Shown one piece after another: positions 26,038 to 39,860 of a stretch of 64,000 nucleotides of DNA; positions within the stretch are counted from its first letter, which is position 1, and every line of letters starts with the position of its first letter. The DNA lies in contig NC_134030.1 in assembly GCF_964204645.1 (NCBI RefSeq), positions 10,871,947-10,935,946 on the forward strand, given 5' to 3'. The position numbers and the translations under genes were made by a program. Under the pieces are notes generated by a model, which saw only the letters and a list, made by a program, of their open reading frames with translations, was not told the DNA's origin and searched no databases. This DNA comes from Tubulanus polymorphus. Lineage: Eukaryota > Animalia > Nemertea.

Positions 26038-28025
26038 CATGATGTCGAGTCAGTAGTTTATCCACTGTGGAATCGGGGGTTTATCCCGGGTATTTGCTTC
26101 TGTATTTGTTATAACCTGGTGAATACCCGCGACGAGCGAGATCGCGAGCGATTTCTTCTTCAGTCGAATCATCAACTGCAGCTTTAGCGTTCACCATCGA
26201 CCACAAACAGATCACAAACAACATGATCGGAAGTAAACTTCTCAACATATTCATCAGCATTGACGCTAAAAATTAAACAGTAGTCAACGTATTTTTGACG
26301 CAATAGATTAAGAAGATAGTCAATGTAGCCTATTATCATTATTTCTATTATTAGGATTATTCAATTTAACTGATAGAAAGTAGAGAAAATTACTTCTTCG
26401 TTAGAAAAATAGAAATCAATCCAACTTTAAAAACGTTTCTTACAAGTTGCTGTTCGAATGACGATGAAATTACGAATTTGACTTACCGATCATTTTTACG
26501 ATTGTTTTGGGAACAAATCACAGACGTTTACGAACAATTTATGAAGCTAAAATGAGAATTATATACACCATAAATGCATTGGAAATTACATTGTGATTAG
26601 ACTGTATTAACGATACGATTATGAAAAGATCGTAGACACACTGAAAATGCATTGAAACAGAAAGTAAATTCATTCTAAAAACACTACAATTACATTGTAA
26701 ATACACTACAAATATAATGAAAATCACGTGAATACATTGAAGATACATCGAATATTTTACGCATTGGCTATACGATGCACATACATTATAAATACAATTT
26801 TAATTCAATAGAAAAGGCGATCGCCAATACACCGGAAATGCATTTTCATTTACTTCCGTAAAAAGTAGAAGGAACCGTCTCTGGTGAATATTAAAACAAA
26901 TTATAAATGAAATTCGATTTTAGTTCGTGACATTTTAGAATCGATTTTTAACGGTTTTCTTGTTTTGCGAACAATAGCAAAATATCAGACGGCTCAAAAT
27001 CACGGCTTGACAATTCATCGTTATAGTAAACTTACCTTCGAATTCAAACGATTCCGATGAACTGATGAAATATCGATGAAAAATGATCGGTTTAAATCGA
27101 AACCCGGTTCATTGTCGAAACTCAAACTCTGCCGGAAATTTCGAATGCGTGCAGAAAATTCACTCGACCAAATATAGAAATAATAGAGGGCTCTTTAGCT
27201 ATTAATTGTTCCCCACGTCTCGCTCCGCAGGAACCCCGTCAATGCGACAGCCGTCGATTATTTCAGTCTCCGGTTGAGTTACTTTTTCGCACGCATTCGA
27301 TGTTTCGACATTAATAAATTGTGAATTCACGTTTTCATAATAAGGGCCACTGATTGACAGTCTGAGATGAGTGACACAGGTTGCACCGACTTTTAACATT
27401 CAAAATTACAGAGATTGTTCATAGAATAAACATCTCAATTTATTTCCTTTGTGTTTAAATGTATTTCTCGGTGTATTTACAATGTATTTTCGGTGCATTT
27501 GAAATGTGATTTCCGGTGTATTCACAATGTAATTTCCAAGGTATGCACGATGTATTCTGTTCTTATTCTAGTTTCATAAATTGCTCGTAAAAATCTGCGA
27601 TTTGTTGCAAAACCAATCCGTTAAAATGATCGGTAAGTCAAATTCGTGATTTCATTTTTAAACTTCGAATATGAACTTGTCACGCATTCAAATAGCGATT
27701 GATCTTTTCTTACGAAATATTTTTCTCTTTTTTTCTGTCTTAGATAAACATGATTAGAAACACAATGAAAATACGTTGACTACTGTTTAACTTTTAGCGT
27801 CAATGCTGATGAAAATGTTGAGAAGTTTACTCCGATCATGTTGTATGTGGATCTGTTTGTGGTCGATGGTGAACGCTAAAGCTGCAGTTGATGATTCGAC
27901 TGAAGAAGAAATCGCTCGCGATCTCGCTCGTCGCGGGTATTCACCAGGTTATAAGAAAAACGGAAGCAAATACCCGGGATAAACCACTGATTCCACAATG
28001 GATAAACTACTGATTCCACGTCATG
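26038..28025 (+). mobile_element. Foldback-type non-autonomous element, copy 1 (long TIRs, internal deletion near 27392)
   Basis: 26038-26297 is the reverse complement of ~27770-28025. It is homologous to 32522-34750 and 39861-42143. No transposase ORF. Confidence 0.85.
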
Positions 28026-28858
28026 TAATTTGTATGAATTAATAAATCATGATTTAAGTTGATGATCCTAAGCAAAAAATACTGTCTTTATATTGATTGT
28101 GTTCTTCGCTGTTCTATGGAAGTGCCGTAATTGATGATTCAATTGAAGGACTCGCTCGTGGCGGACTTTGTAGTAACTAGAAATTTTACTGGTCGGTTAG
28201 GAACTCGATTTTCCGAGCGAATAATATCCGTCGCAGATTTCGATGATGACCTGCAACCTCCACCTCCAGGTCCTCGATAGATGAGACGACAAAGATCCAA
28301 CTCCGATAAAACCGTGGATTATTTCAGCTAAAGCTATCAATATCTTGGCGTTTTCAAATATCGAATATGGGTATTCCAAGTACTTGTGACACAAAAGTGA
28401 AAACATCGATGAAAATTAATGCATTTAAAACCGCCGTCAAATCAAAAAGTTGCTTTCGTTATGTAGTTAATACATGTTTTTTTTATATTGTGCAGGTATT
28501 ACAACATCAAAACATCGGTAATCTCTATAGGAATGGGGTACCGGCACACACATCAGATGGCATAACAATAAATTTTGAACTGCATTTTTAGGTTCCTAAA
28601 TGGAGACGTTGTCAAACAAGTCTATACGGTATAGTTTTAGTAGAAATTGTCTTACTAATGAGAAAAGTTGATTCCAATTGAATCTAAATGTAGAACAGAC
28701 TGAAGAAAGGTAACCGAGTAACCACTTGCGAACCTGGTGGATTCTCGCCTGCCATACGTGGAATCCTCGATTGCCTTAGTAGCGGTGCCGGCACACCATT
28801 GTGCGATAATCCAAAAAATATCGGATCCACGACGGATTGCCTCCTCTAATATTCTAAG

Positions 28859-30187
28859 CTAAGTATTGGCTTCATTGCCTGACGAAGGTACGTTAGTTTT
28901 GTAGGTTTTGTCCGACCTTTGATTACTTTCCGATTGATCGGAAGTATTCTGCATTGACGCGTGGACATTCCGTCTCAGCACCGATCTACACGCGCCCATC
29001 TTCTGTTTGAAAAGGGCGCGCAACTCGTTACCAGAAATAACATAAATGAAGAAGTTGACGCTGTAGTTCATCTGGTAGAAGAACTCGATGATTTCTCTTG
29101 TCGGCATCTCGACGTATTTGGGAATGGAGCCGTAGTATTTCTTGTAGATCTCCTCGAATATCCAGGCCGGCAGCGTGAGTATCAAGAATGAGAATGTGAG
29201 CAGCATTAACATGAAGGTGATTTTGTTGCGTGATTTTGTCGCCAATTTCTTCGTTTCTTTGACCGAGCGTTGGCGTCGTGTTAACGAAAAGACGACCAAT
29301 CCGTTGCAGACGATGATTATCATCGCCGGAATGTATTCCATCGGAAATCCCAGGTAGAGTTGAGTTACCCATCCGATTTCGTACGGCACGGCACAAAACT
29401 GCACCTCCTCGACGAATCGGATATATATGATGTAGTACAGCGTCGATAGAATAGCGAATATAAACATACCGACGATGACGATGGCAGATGTTTTCGGCGT
29501 CAATCGTCGCGATATAACGGGAACCAAACGACGGTAAAGCGTTCGGCCGCAATAGTAGCCATCATCCAAGCACCACTAGTCTGAAATACATCCGGGATAC
29601 CTGGAATCGTAACAACAGAAACAACATTAAATCAATCATTATCAATATACAAATTTTTGGCGATAACTACAAATTAAGTATTCCGGAAACTTCGACTTCT
29701 TGAGCCGCTACACACATAAGGAATCGAATGTTACAAAATACATATTCAAAGTTACCTTCACTCAGAATACAACCAACATCGTCGGTAATCTTAATGAGAA
29801 GCCCTCCGCCGGTAGCTAGCGATATCATGTTAATCCAGGAACACAGACGAACTCCAATCATAGCCGTATCGCAAACGGCTAGTGTCATTATATACCAGGC
29901 GTACGTATGTTTCCTCATCGACCGGTCCAGCATCAGAATCAACGCGAACGTATTACCAACCATGCCAGTCAGCATGATCAATGGCGTGCCGAGAAACCGC
30001 ATCCAGCGGATCCATTGCGGCAACGTGTTTATATCCCAAAAATATTCGCTATCAACGCCGGCCAGTACTCGAGAATCCATTTGGTCGACGCTGCTTTAGT
30101 TGGTTCAGTCGTTGCGTTGATCGTCTGATTCAAGGTAGCGTTCAGAAATGTGGCTGGCTCCGTTGAGCTCAATGTTAAATTTGACAT
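28859..30187 (-). pseudogene. Class A GPCR triplicate copy A; two exons (30187-29756, 29600-28859) with two -1 frameshifts
   Basis: Highly similar to copies B and C. Exon 1 is 432 nt vs 439 (two 3-nt deletions plus one lost T at ~30040). Exon 2 is 742 nt vs 743 (one base lost at ~29516). Confidence 0.82.
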
Positions 30188-31189
30188 TGTCGATGATTAC
30201 CAAAGGTTGCGCACCTTAAACAAACAAAAAGAGATCTTCTAACTAACCGTATATCTTATGTGATATTATTACTATTATTATCATTACCATATTCAGTGCT
30301 CTGTTCACAGTAAAAATACAGCATATTAACACATAATAACTACAATGACAGGTTAAGCAGGACTACGAAAAAGCCTGGATAAAAAGATTGGTTTTTAAAA
30401 ATTCCTGAAACAGTTAAAACTATAAATGTGTATAATTATGCATGTGCGATGGTCATTTTCTCTTAAGTCTGGCTTTCAAAATATAATTTGCATTTATATT
30501 TTGTATTTATATCTACATACCTGTTATTGCTGCGGCAGGCTACTGTGCGGTTTCACCGGAAAGTGACCAGGCACGATTAAGCTCCCGAATTTATCGTGTA
30601 ACCGAAATCAATAATAAATGACGTCACTTATAATTCTTCAATGGTGTGTGAGAAAACCGATTATCGAATATTTCAGTTACACCCATATCCGAGAAGATTA
30701 ATACGCGAAAATTCATTTGCATTCTTTTATTCTAGATATAACATAATGCCCATAATCGATGGGTGCGAAAATTAAGGATTTGCCAGTGGAGCCAAGCGGA
30801 AGATTAAAATATCAATGCAAGGGTTGGTTTAGAATTGCAATGAATTTATACCGGCCATACAGTTTTTCCTGCATCATATAAAAAGGGTACCTATGACAAG
30901 CATGTCATTCTACTCTGATGCACGGACGAATAAATATTAATCAACTGTTAAAAAAAGAAAAAGAAAATCTTTAATTATGCGAAATCATCTCAGAAATATA
31001 ATATACGAATATTGATACATAGTTTCGGCCTAAGCTATATTGTTATAATAAATTAAGCTCAAATTTGCATTGACAAGCATATCATTCTACTCTGATGTAC
31101 GGACGAATAATCAACTGTTATTTGGATTTGTCTATTTTCTTTTAAAGGATCTAGTACCCCCCGCACTGCGCTAAACGACCAACAAACAC

Positions 31190-31405
31190 CCCACACGACA
31201 ATAGCCCATAGGTCCAACTCTAGCTAATTTCTGTTTTGCACATTTTGAGAATAATTAGCTATCCAGGTCCAAGCACAAACCCATCTTATACCTTAGATAT
31301 GTTGACGACATGTTCTGTGTTTTCAGAATTACCAGTCAATATGTTTTTTGATGAATTGAACTCAATGCACTCCAATTTGAAATTCACATTTGAAATCGGT
31401 CCCAA
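31190..31405 (+). mobile_element. Penelope-like element RT remnant (copies on minus at ~36420-36630, 45135-45335, 45757-45852)
   Basis: Frameshifted translation gives SP.GPTLANFCFAHFE..YLRYVDDMFCVF..FFDELNSMHSNLKFTFE, which are PLE RT motifs. Confidence 0.75.
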
Positions 31406-32521
31406 CCTCTTCTTGACGGTTAGCGGTAAAAATCCCCAATTCTTCAAATTAGGTAAAAATCCCCTCTTTCTGAATGTAGTGTAAGTAGATGATACAATCT
31501 TAAGGTCAATCAATTCATAATGTTGATACATATATCCAATTTATTATTGTGGGACATCATAAAGATATCATGAGTATACAAACTTTAGTATATACTATTT
31601 GAATTAATACATACAACAAATTAACATTCATTCATACTAAATTAGTACTCAAGGTTATCAAAAAGCTACTAAATTTTAATTCTGCGCGTCCATTTTAAAG
31701 TGAACCTTAAAGAGTGTTTGAAAGTTGCCATAGTGTTTGTATCGATGTGAATATTCTTCAGACCGAGTTCCTCGTAGATCGTAGGTGATTAAGATTAGTT
31801 GTTTTATGCCCGAGTGTTTATACTACCTACTGGAAATAAATTCATCACCGTCATCATTTAGAATTGTCGGTTTTACTCGATTTATGAAACAACGTCTAAC
31901 AGCACAGTGAAAAAAGGGCACCGACTGTGAAAAGGGCCAGTATTAATGCCCAGCGAGCGAGTTTGATTTCGAGTGCCATTTATTGGTATCATGCCACTAA
32001 ATTTGCGTTCACATTCAATTTGCTTGTGCCTTTGATAGATTTTTGGTGAAATTTGACCTGTTTCGATTAAACTTATAGAGCTAAGATAATGTATCTTTTA
32101 GAATAGTGCCCTTTTGTGCAAAGGAAAGTGCCTTAGATTGCCCTTTATGATTTTGGGTAATTTATTTTCATTCACATTTTGCTTTAGGCATAGTAGAAAG
32201 AAAATTATCTTTTATGGCGCACAAGTTGTGTCCCCTTTTATTAACTTTTTTTTCCCGAAACAAACATTTTTCAAGGGTATTTGAAAACCGCGACTACTGT
32301 ACGTGCTGCATGTGCGACAGTCTGGATCCGTAGCGCACCACTGCCTGTAGCGCACCACTGGTGACGTTTACTTTACAGAGGGCACTGATGCAGTGTTTCG
32401 GAAAAGTTTAGAAACATTAATTGACGCCGCCATAAACGATAAGAGAATAAATTGAATAAAATCAGACGTTCCGTTTTTGATCATCCGTCAAAATTTTTAT
32501 TGTATCGACTCACGCATATTA

Positions 32522-34750
32522 CATGATGTCGAATCAGTAGTTTATCCACTGTGGAATCAGTGGTTTATCCCGGGTATTTGCTTCTGTATTTGTTATAACC
32601 TGGTGAATACCCGCGACGAGCGAGATCGCGAGCGATTTCTTCTTCGGTCGAATCATCAATTGCAGCTTTAGCGTTCACCATCGACCACAAACAGATCACA
32701 AACAACATGATCGGAAGTAAACTTCTCAACATATTCATCAGCATTGACGCTAAAAATTAAACAGTAGTCAACGTTTTTTTGACGCTATAGATTAAGAAGA
32801 TAGTCAATGTAGCCTATTATCATTATTTCTATTATTAGGATTATTCAATTTAACTGATAGAAGGTAGAGAAAATTACTTCTTCGTTAGAAAAATCAATCT
32901 AACTTTAAAAACGTTTCTTACAAGTTGCTGTTCGAATGACGATGAAATTACGAATTTGACTTACCGATCATTTTGACGATTGTTTTGGGAACAAATCACA
33001 GATGTTTAGGAACAATTTATTAAGCTAAAATGAGAATTATATACACCATAAATGCATTGGAAATTACATTGTGATTAGACTGTATTAACGATACGATTAT
33101 GAAAAGATCGTAGACACATTGAAAATGCATTGAAACAGAAAGTAAATTCATTCTAAAAACACTACAATTACATTGTAAATACACTACAAATATGATGAAA
33201 ATCACGTGAATACATTGAAGATACATCGAATATTTTATGCATTGGCTATACGATGCACATACATTATAAATACAATCTTAATACACTAAAAAATCCGATC
33301 GCTAATACACTGGAAATACATTTTCGGTTCCTTCCGTAAAAAGTAGAAGGAACCGTCTCTGGTGAATATTAAAACAAAATATAAATGAAATTCGATTTTA
33401 GTTCGTGACATTTTAGAATCGAATTTTAACGGTTTTCTTTTTTTTGCGAACAATAGCAAAATATCAGATCTACCAAATCACGGCTTGACAATTCATCGTT
33501 ATAGTAAACTTACCTTCGAATTCAAACGATTCCGATGAATTGATGAAATATCGATGAAAAATGATCGGTTTATATCGAAACCCGGTTCATTGTCGAAACT
33601 CAAACTCTGCTGGAAATTTCGAATGCGTGCAAAAAATTCACTCGACCAAATATAGAAATAATAGAGGGCTCTTTAGCTATTAATTGTTCCCCGCGTCTCG
33701 CTCCGCAGGAACCCCGTCAGTGCGAGAGCCGTCGATTATTTCAGTCTCCGGTTGAGTTACTTTTTCGCACGCATTCGATGTTTCGACAATTAAGTGACAA
33801 TAAATTGTGAATTCACGCTTTCATAATTCGGGCCACTGATTAACAGTCTGAGATGAGTGACACAGGTTGCACCGATACGGTCAATATAAACCGTCCATTT
33901 TCATCGATGTTTCATCAGTTCTTCGGAATCGTTCGTATTCGAAGGTAAGTTTTCTTTTCGAGGAATCATAAAGTTTCGATCGGTGTCTCCAGTTGATGCT
34001 GACAGTATACGGGAGAAGTACGGACGAATCTCTGATAATTTGTTATCATTCGGATTAAATTTATGCAAAATTCATACATTTCATGATCGTCAAACCTTGA
34101 TTCTAAAATTGTGTAGAGATATTGAACTTTAACTTGAACCATTTGAGATGTTCGCTAAAAATCTGAGGAAATATCACAATTCAAATTTTTATATAATAAG
34201 ATTTTTAACATTCAAAATTACAGAGATTGTTCATAGAAGAAGCATTACAATTTATCTCCTTTGTGTTTAAAATGTATTTCTCAGTGTATTTACAATGTAT
34301 TTCAGCGAAAATCAGCGATTTGTTGCAAAACCAATCCGTTAAAATGATCGGTAAGTCAAATTCGTGATTTCATTTTTAAACTTCGAATATGAACTTGTCA
34401 CGCATTCAAACAGCGATTGATCTTTTCTTACGAAATATTTTTCTCTTTATTTCTGTCAATACAATTAGATAATCATGATTAGAAACACAATGAAAATACG
34501 TTGACTACTATTTAATTTTTAGCGTCAATGCTGATGAAAATGTTGAGAAGTTTACTTCCGATCATGTTGTTAGTGATCTGTTTGTGGTCGATGGTGAACG
34601 CTAAAGCTGCAGTTGATGATTCGACTGAAGAAGAAATCGCTCGCGATCTCGCTCGTCGGGGGTATTCACCAGGATATAAGAAATACAGAAGCAAATACCC
34701 GGGATAAACCACTGATTCCACAGTGGATAAACTACTGATTCGATATCATG
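32522..34750 (+). mobile_element. Foldback-type non-autonomous element, copy 2; centre of the large palindrome
   Basis: ~250-bp TIRs. Nested internal inverted repeats at 32950/34340, 33507-33575/33885-33952 and 33619/33761. Its flanks are themselves inverted copies of each other. Confidence 0.88.
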
Positions 34751-35684
34751 TAATATGCGTGAGTCGATACAATAAAAATTTTGACGGATGATCAAAAACG
34801 GAACCTGATTTTATTCAATTTCATTCTCTTATCGTTTATGGCGGCGTCAATTAATGTTTCTAAACTTTCCCGAAACACTGCATCAGTGCCCTCTGTAAAG
34901 TAGACGACACCAGTGGTGCGCTACAGGCGCGGGTCCAGACTGTCGCACATGCAGCACGTACAGTAGTCGCGGTTTTCAAATACCCTTGAAAAATGTTTGT
35001 TTCGGGAAAAAAGTTAATAAAAGGGGACACAATTTGTGCGCCATAAAAGATAATTTTCTTTCTACTATGCCTAAAGCAAAATGTGAATGAAAATGAATTA
35101 CCCAAAATCATAAAGGGCAATCTAAGGCACTTTCTTTTACTCCAGAGGGCACTATTCTAAAAGAGACATTATCGTAGCTCTATAAGTTTAATCGAAACAG
35201 GTCAAATTTCACCAAAAATCTATCAAAGGCACAAGCAAATTGAATGTGAAGGCAAATTTAGTGGCATTATACCAATAAATGGCACTCAAAATCAAACTCG
35301 CTCGTACATGGGCATTCATACTGGCCCTTTTCACAGTCGGTGCCCTTTTTTCACTGTGCTGTTAGACGTTGTTTCATGAGTCGAGTAAAACCGACAATTC
35401 TAAATGATGACGGTGATGAATTTATTTCCAGTAGGTAGTATAAACACTCGGGCATAAAACAACTAATCTTAATCATCTACGATCTACGAGGAACTCGGTC
35501 TGAAGAAATTCACATCGATACACTATGACAACTTTCAAACACTCTTTAAGGTTCACTTTAAAATGGACGCGCAGCATTGAAATTTAGAAGTAGCCCAGTG
35601 TCGGATGCTTTTCTGTAAACCCGCAAAATAAAAGTATTACCAATTTCTAAAGGTCCTTGAATATCGGTGTCAAGCAGAGTTGTA

Positions 35685-35810
35685 GGTAAAAATCCCCTGG
35701 GAAAAAATCCCCTAGGTAAAAATCCCCTTGGTAAATATCCCCTTGGTAAAAATCCCCTAGGTAAAAATCGATCCCCAAATATTCAAAGTAGGTGAATATC
35801 CCCACTTGGT
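35685..35810 (+). repeat. 15-bp tandem GGTAAAAATCCCC(T) array, probably a DNA-transposon terminal repeat
   Basis: About six tandem units inside a ~570-bp segment present in only one palindrome arm. The same motif occurs at 31425-31466 and 36356-36398, and a related GGTAAAAATGCC array at 47867-47945. Confidence 0.7.
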
Positions 35811-37628
35811 GATTTTCAAGAACATTTCAAAGCAAAACGTTACTCCAATTTTGTTCATTTGCAATGAGACTGAAATGTGTTTGAACTGCGCAATGGAATC
35901 TTTCGTTGGAATAAATTCTTTAAGTAAACTTTTAGAATGAAATAAATTGTTAGAATTAATAAGAATAATGAACTTTTTATATGATATATCTTAAAATTCG
36001 AACTGGAATATTTTTGAACAGTCTCTTGTTGACTTGCGGTATATTTGGGCAGTGCAATGCCATGAGTTATAAGCGATAATGAACTTTTAATTCTAGATAT
36101 TTTAGATTCAAGCAAGTGTAATATATTTGAAATGTGTGGTGATGAACCTTTTCATTAAGCTTTTGATAACTTTGAGTACTAATTTAGTATTAATGAACTG
36201 TTAATTTGTAGTATGTATTAATTCAAATAGTATATACTAAAGTCTGTATACTCATGATATCGTTATGATGTTCCACAATAATAAATTGGATATATGTATC
36301 AATATTATGAATTGATTGACCTTAAGATTGTATCTACTTACACTACATTCAGAAAGAGGGGATTTTTACCTACTTTGAAGAATTGGGGATTTTTACCGCT
36401 AACCGTCAAGAAGAGGTTGGGACCGATTGCAAATGTGAATTTCAAATTGGAGTGCATTGAGTTCAATTCATCAAAAAAACATATTAACTGGTAATTCTGA
36501 AAACACAGAAAATGTCGTCAACATATCTATAAGATGGGTTTGTGCTTGGACCTGGATTAGCTAATTATTATCAAAATGTGCAAAACAGAAATTAGCTAGA
36601 GTTGGACCTATGGGCTATTGTCGTGTGGGGTGTTTGTTGGTCATTTACCGCAGTCCGAGGGGAACTACATCCTTTAAAAGAAAATAGACAAATCCAAATA
36701 ACAGTTGATTAATCTCTATTCGTCCGTGCATCATAGTAGAATGACATGCTTGTCAATGCAAATTTGAGCATAATTTATTATAACAATATAGCTTAGGCCG
36801 AAACTATGTATCAATATTCGTATATTATATTTCTGAGATGATTTCGCATAATTAAAGATTTTCTTCTTTTTTTTAACAGTTGATTAATATCTATTCGTCC
36901 GTGCATCAGAGTAGAATGACATGCTTGTCAAAGCTACCCTTTTTATACGATGCAGGAAAAACTGTATGGCCGGTATAACTTCATTGCAATTCTAAACCAA
37001 CCTTTGCATTGATATTTTAATCTTCCGCTTGGCTCCACTGGCAAATCCTTAATTTTCGCACTCATCGATGATGGGCATTATGTTATTTCTAGAATAAAAG
37101 AATGCAAATGAATTCTCGCGTATTAATCTTCTCGGATATGGGTGTAACTGAAATATTCGATAATCGGTTTTCTCACACACCATTGAAGAATTATACGTGA
37201 CGTCATTTACAATTGATTTCGGTTTCACGATAAATTCGGGAGCTTAATCGTGCCTGGTCACTTTCCGGTGAAACCGCACAGTAGCCTATAACTGCCGCAG
37301 CAATAACAGGTATGTAGATATGAATATGAATGCAAGTTATATTTTGAAAGCCAGACTTTAGAGAAAATGACCATCGCACATGCATAATACACATTTGTAG
37401 TTTTAACTGTTTCAGGAATTTTTAAAAACCAATCTTATTATCCAGGCTTTTTCGTGGTCCTGCTTAACCTGTTATTGTAGTTATCATGTGTTAATATGCT
37501 GTATTTTTACTGTGAACAGAGCACTGAATATGGTAATGATAATAATAGTAATAATATCACATAAGATATACGGTTAGTTAGAAGATCTCTTTTTGTTTAA
37601 GGTGCGCAACCTTTGGTAATCATCGACA

Positions 37629-39030
37629 ATGTCAAATTTAACATTGAGCTCAACGGAGCCAGCCACATTTCTGAACGCTACCTTGAATCAGACGATCAAC
37701 GCAACGACTGGTGAACCAACTAAAGCAGCGTCGTCGACCAAATGGATTCTCGAGTACTGGCCGGCGTTGATAGCGAATGTTTTTTGGGATATAAACACGT
37801 TACCGCAATGGATCCGCTGGATGCGCTTTCTCGGCACGCCATTGATCATGCTGACTGGCCTGGTTGGTAATACGTTCGCGTTGATTCTGATGCTGGACCG
37901 GTCGATGAGGAAACATACGTACGCCTGGTATATAATGACACTAGCCGTTTGCGATACGGCTATGATTGGAGTTCGTCTGTGTTCCTGGATTAACATGATA
38001 TCGCTAGCTACCGGCGGAGGGCTTCTCATTAAGATTACCGACGATGTTGGTTGTATTTTGAGTGAAGGTAACTTTGAATAATTATTTTGTAACATTCGAT
38101 TTCTTATGTGTGTGGGCTCCAGAAGTCGAAGTCTCCGGAATCGTGAACTATGATCATGAACTATGATCATGATCATGAAACAATACAGTAAAAATGGTGA
38201 TAGAAAATACTTAATTTGTAGTTATCCCCAAAAATATGTATATTGTTAATGATTGATTTAAAGTTGTTTCTGTTGTTACGATTCCAGGTATTCCGGATGT
38301 ATTTCAGACTACTGGTGCTTGGATGATGGCTACTATTGCGACCGAACGCTTTACCGTCGTTTGGTTTCCGTTCATATCGCGACGATTGACGCCGAAAATA
38401 TCTGCCATCGTCATCGTCGGTATGTTTATATTCGCTATTCTCTCGACGCTGTACTACATCATATATATCCGATTCGTCGAGGAGGTGCATTTTTGTGCCG
38501 TGCCGTACGAAATCGGATGGGTAACTCAGCTCTACCTGGGATTTCCGATGGAATACATTCCGGCGATGATAATCATCGTCTTCAACGGATTGGTCGTCTT
38601 TTCGTTAACCCGACGCCAACGCTCGGTCAAAGAAACGAAGAAATTGGCGACAAAATCACGCGACAAAATCACCTTCATGTTAATGCTGTTCACGTTTTCA
38701 TTCTTGATACTCACGCTGCCGGCCTGGATATTCGAGGAGATCTACAAGAAATACTACGGCTCCATTCCCAAATACGTCGAGATGCCGACAAGAGAAATCA
38801 TCGAGTTCTTCTACCAGATGAACTACAGCGTCAACTTCTTCATTTATGTTATTTCCGGTAACGAGTTGCGCGCCCTTTTCAAACAGAAGATGGGCGCGTG
38901 TAGATCGGCGCTGAGACGGAATATCCACGCGTCAATGCAGAATACTTCCGATCAATCGGAAAGTAATCAAAGGTCGGACAAAACCTACAAAACTAACGTA
39001 CCTTCGTTAAGCAACGAAGCCAATACTTAG
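37629..39030 (+). CDS. Class A GPCR triplicate copy B; exons 37629-38067 and 38288-39030, 393 aa, intact
   Basis: The phase-1 intron (GAAG|GTAACT...TTCCAG|GT) gives an open 1182-nt CDS. N-terminal N-glycosylation sites, GLVGN, LAVCD, ERF, YIPA, LTLP, NYSVNFFIY..SGNELR. Confidence 0.93.
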
Positions 39031-39860
39031 CTTATTATATTAGAGGAGGCAATCCGTCGTGGATCCGATATTTTTGGATTATCGCACAATGGTGTGCCGG
39101 CACCGCTACTGTGGCAATCGAGGATTCCACGTATGGCAGGCGAGAATCCACCAGGTTCGCAAGTGGTTACTCGGTTACCTTTCTTCAGTATTTTCTACAT
39201 TTAGATTCAATTGCAATCAACTTTTCTCATTAGTAAGACAATTTCTACTAAAACTATACCGTATAGACTTGTTTGACAACGTTTCCATTTAGGAGCCTAA
39301 AAATCCAGTTCAAATTTCATTGTTATGCCATCTGATGTGTGTGCCGGTACCCCATTCCTATAGAGATTACCGATGTTTTGATTTTGTAATACCTGCACGA
39401 TATAAAAAACATGTATTAACTACATAACGACAACAACTTTTTGATTTAACGGCGGTTTTAAATGCATTTATTTTCATTGATGTTTTCACTTTTGTGTCAC
39501 AAGTACTTGGAATACCCATATTCGATATTTGAAAACGCCAAGATTTTGTTAGCTTTAGCTGAAATAAACGACGGTTTTATCGGAGTTGGATCTTTGTCGT
39601 CTCATCTATCGAGGACCTGGAGGTGGAGGTTGCAGGTCATCATCGGAATCTGCGACGGATATTATTCGCGCGGAAAATCGAGTTCCTAACCGACCAGTAA
39701 AAATTCTAGTTACTACAAAGTCCGCCACGAGCGTGTCCTACCATTTAATCATCAATTACGGCACTTCCATAGAATATCGAAGAACACAATCAATATAAAG
39801 ACAGTATTTTTTGTTTAGGATCATCAACTTAAATCATGATTTATTAATTCATACAAATTA

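Noticed and set aside
25993-26748. Recurrent 64-69 aa ORFs (MIIRQN..., MYLQCIH...) present in several copies
   Set aside because: They recur only because the foldback element is triplicated; no transposase or other motif is present.
38319-38928. Long overlapping alternative-frame and antisense ORFs in GPCR exon 2 (also in copies A and C)
   Set aside because: Shadow ORFs from codon bias. Their stop positions differ between copies and they have no recognisable domain.
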